From an uncultured Thermoleophilia bacterium (GTDB lineage: Bacteria > Actinomycetota > Thermoleophilia > UBA2241): a DNA stretch of 64,000 nucleotides. The stretch lies in contig CAVPCT010000005.1 of assembly GCA_963702475.1 (NCBI GenBank), forward strand, positions 512,001 to 576,000, written 5' to 3'. A model generated the notes under the pieces. That model searched no databases. It was not told the origin of the DNA and saw nothing but the letters and a program-made list of their open reading frames with translations. Numbering within the stretch: position 1 is the first letter of the stretch; every line of letters starts with the position of its first letter. This document shows positions 62,380 through 64,000 of this stretch, piece by piece. The translations under genes were made by a program, and so were the position numbers.

Positions 62380-63942
62380 TCACTTGGTGACGGTGAAGGA
62401 GTCGTTGTCCTGCGAGGACTGCTTGTTGCCGGCCGAGTCGGTCGCGAAGACCTTGACCTTGTAGTTGCCGGGCGCGAGATTGGCGGTGAAGCTCTTGGAG
62501 TAGGTCTTGTTGGAGTCCTGCGTGCCCAGGTTGAAGCTCTTGGCCACGGACCCATTCGACTTGTAGATCTTCATCTGCGCGGTGCACTGCGGGGTGATGC
62601 TGTCGCACTCGTACTTGATCTTGATGGACTTGCCCTTCTTGACGCTGGCGGGCGCGATGCAGCTCGTCGACGGACCGGTGGTGCAGATGTTGACGGTCAC
62701 CGCTTTCGGCGGCACTTCGTTGTTGCCGCACTTGTCCATGGAGTAGACCTGGACCAGCTGCGGGCCCTGAGGGGCGCCGCTACCGGCCGGCACCGTGATG
62801 GTGCTGCCCGCGAGGGCGATCGACGGCGGGATGCCGATGCCGTAGTAGGTGGTCTGGACGCCCGGGCCGCCCACGTCGGTCACCGACACGGTGAGGACGA
62901 CGGGCTGGTTGTGCCAGTTGTCATCGGCGCCGCTGATGGAGCTGACCGGCGCCGTGGTGTCGGCCTGCAGCGTGAACGCCACGGTGTTGGTCGGCTGCTG
63001 CCCGGCGCCGTTACGCACCGAGATGTTGAGCGTGCCGGGGGCGGCGATGTCGGCAGCCGTGAGCTGCACGGTGATCTGGGTCGGGCTCACGTAGGTGGAG
63101 GCGTGCACGACTCCGTTGACCAGCACCTGCGAGTTGCTCGTGAAGTTCGTACCGGTGAGCGTGAGCTGGTACGGCTGGAAGTACCTGGCGAAGCCGCTCG
63201 TCGGGTTCACGCCGGAGAGGGTGGGCAGGAGGGCCGTGACGGCGAACGGCACGGCGTTGGAGGTCGTGACGACCGGAGGCAACGACGACGTGGCGTTCTG
63301 GACGCTGATGGCGGCCGTGGTCGGACTGGCCACGAGGGCCGCAGGGACCACCGCCGACAGCTGCGTGCTGGAGATCGCGGTCGTAGAAAGGGCGGTGTTG
63401 TTCCAGTAGACCGTCGAAGTCACGCCGATGCCGGTGGCGAAGTTGGAGCCGTAGACGATCATCTGGAACCCGCCGGAACCGGCATCCTTGCTCTTCGGCG
63501 AGACCGAGGCGATGGTCGGGTGTGTCACGGGCGAGGTGCCGGTGACGGTGAACGAGTTGTAGGTGTAGGTGTCGGGCCAGAGCTGGCCGAAACGGGTGTA
63601 CCCGGAGACGCTCACCGTATAGCTGCCGGCGGACTCGCCGTACGTGTTGATGTAGCAGCTGATGTAGTCGCCGCCCAGCATGTTCACGATCGTCGGGTAG
63701 CTGCCGTGGATGCTGTCGTAGGGGGCCGACGCCTGGTCGAGCGTGACGTCCACGTCGCCGATGAAGTCACCGAAGTTCTGGCCGAAGATCTTGAGCTCAT
63801 AGGAACCAAAGGTGCTGTTGCTGCCGCTCGTCGGGCTCAGGCCCGTGAGGGACGGAGCCGCCGACGCGACGGCGGCCGTGGACAGGCACAACATGAGCAC
63901 CACGGCGATGACGACCATCACTCCCAGACTGCGTTTCTTCAT
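62380..63942 (-). CDS. Secreted surface protein with three IPT/TIG-like repeats and Ig-like C-terminal domains
   Basis: Signal peptide; PSLTGLSP..GQNF, PTIASVSP..GSNF, PTLSGVNP..GTNF; DTTAP; Ser/Thr-rich. Confidence 0.82.
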   Translation of the reverse strand: MKKRSLGVMVVIAVVLMLCLSTAAVASAAPSLTGLSPTSGSNSTFGSYELKIFGQNFGDFIGDVDVTLDQASAPYDSIHGSYPTIVNMLGGDYISCYINTYGESAGSYTVSVSGYTRFGQLWPDTYTYNSFTVTGTSPVTHPTIASVSPKSKDAGSGGFQMIVYGSNFATGIGVTSTVYWNNTALSTTAISSTQLSAVVPAALVASPTTAAISVQNATSSLPPVVTTSNAVPFAVTALLPTLSGVNPTSGFARYFQPYQLTLTGTNFTSNSQVLVNGVVHASTYVSPTQITVQLTAADIAAPGTLNISVRNGAGQQPTNTVAFTLQADTTAPVSSISGADDNWHNQPVVLTVSVTDVGGPGVQTTYYGIGIPPSIALAGSTITVPAGSGAPQGPQLVQVYSMDKCGNNEVPPKAVTVNICTTGPSTSCIAPASVKKGKSIKIKYECDSITPQCTAQMKIYKSNGSVAKSFNLGTQDSNKTYSKSFTANLAPGNYKVKVFATDSAGNKQSSQDNDSFTVTK

Positions 63943-64000
63943 TGTCACCCTCCTCTTTGGCTACAGGCCACGTGCGTTGACGACGAATGCTCGTAACGGA

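Overview
Very GC-rich bacterial chromosome segment. Codon usage, leaderless genes and U-poor hairpin terminators point to an actinobacterium, and the gene content points to an anaerobe (Thermoleophilia-like; inference only). About 17 single-base frameshifts fall in otherwise intact genes and look like long-read assembly errors. In order: (1) dnaX-ybaB-recR running directly into a 2-oxoacid:ferredoxin oxidoreductase operon (porC-porD-porA). The beta subunit is fused to the C-terminus of a HydA/NuoG- plus GltD-like protein, with HydC/NuoE- and HydB/NuoF-like genes in between, i.e. a predicted electron-bifurcating POR supercomplex. (2) A Liv-type ABC importer plus an atypical PaaK. (3) A copper/metal-homeostasis island with a repeated OmpR-type box, a DUF2318 ABC system, a multicopper oxidase, an internally deleted P1B-ATPase and an MNT-HEPN toxin-antitoxin pair. 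(4) A CtpE-like ATPase, nth and a 5-oxoprolinase. (5) A LacI regulon (SBP, aminotransferase, amidohydrolase). (6) A probably Rex-controlled hdrA(L)-mvhD-metV-metF-hdrC-hdrB operon, followed by a corrinoid protein, a pyrrolysine-free MtmB homologue, DUF1638 and an unannotated small ORF with an in-frame TGA in a Cys-Arg-Sec motif plus a SECIS-like hairpin. No rRNA, tRNA, CRISPR array or transposase was seen.
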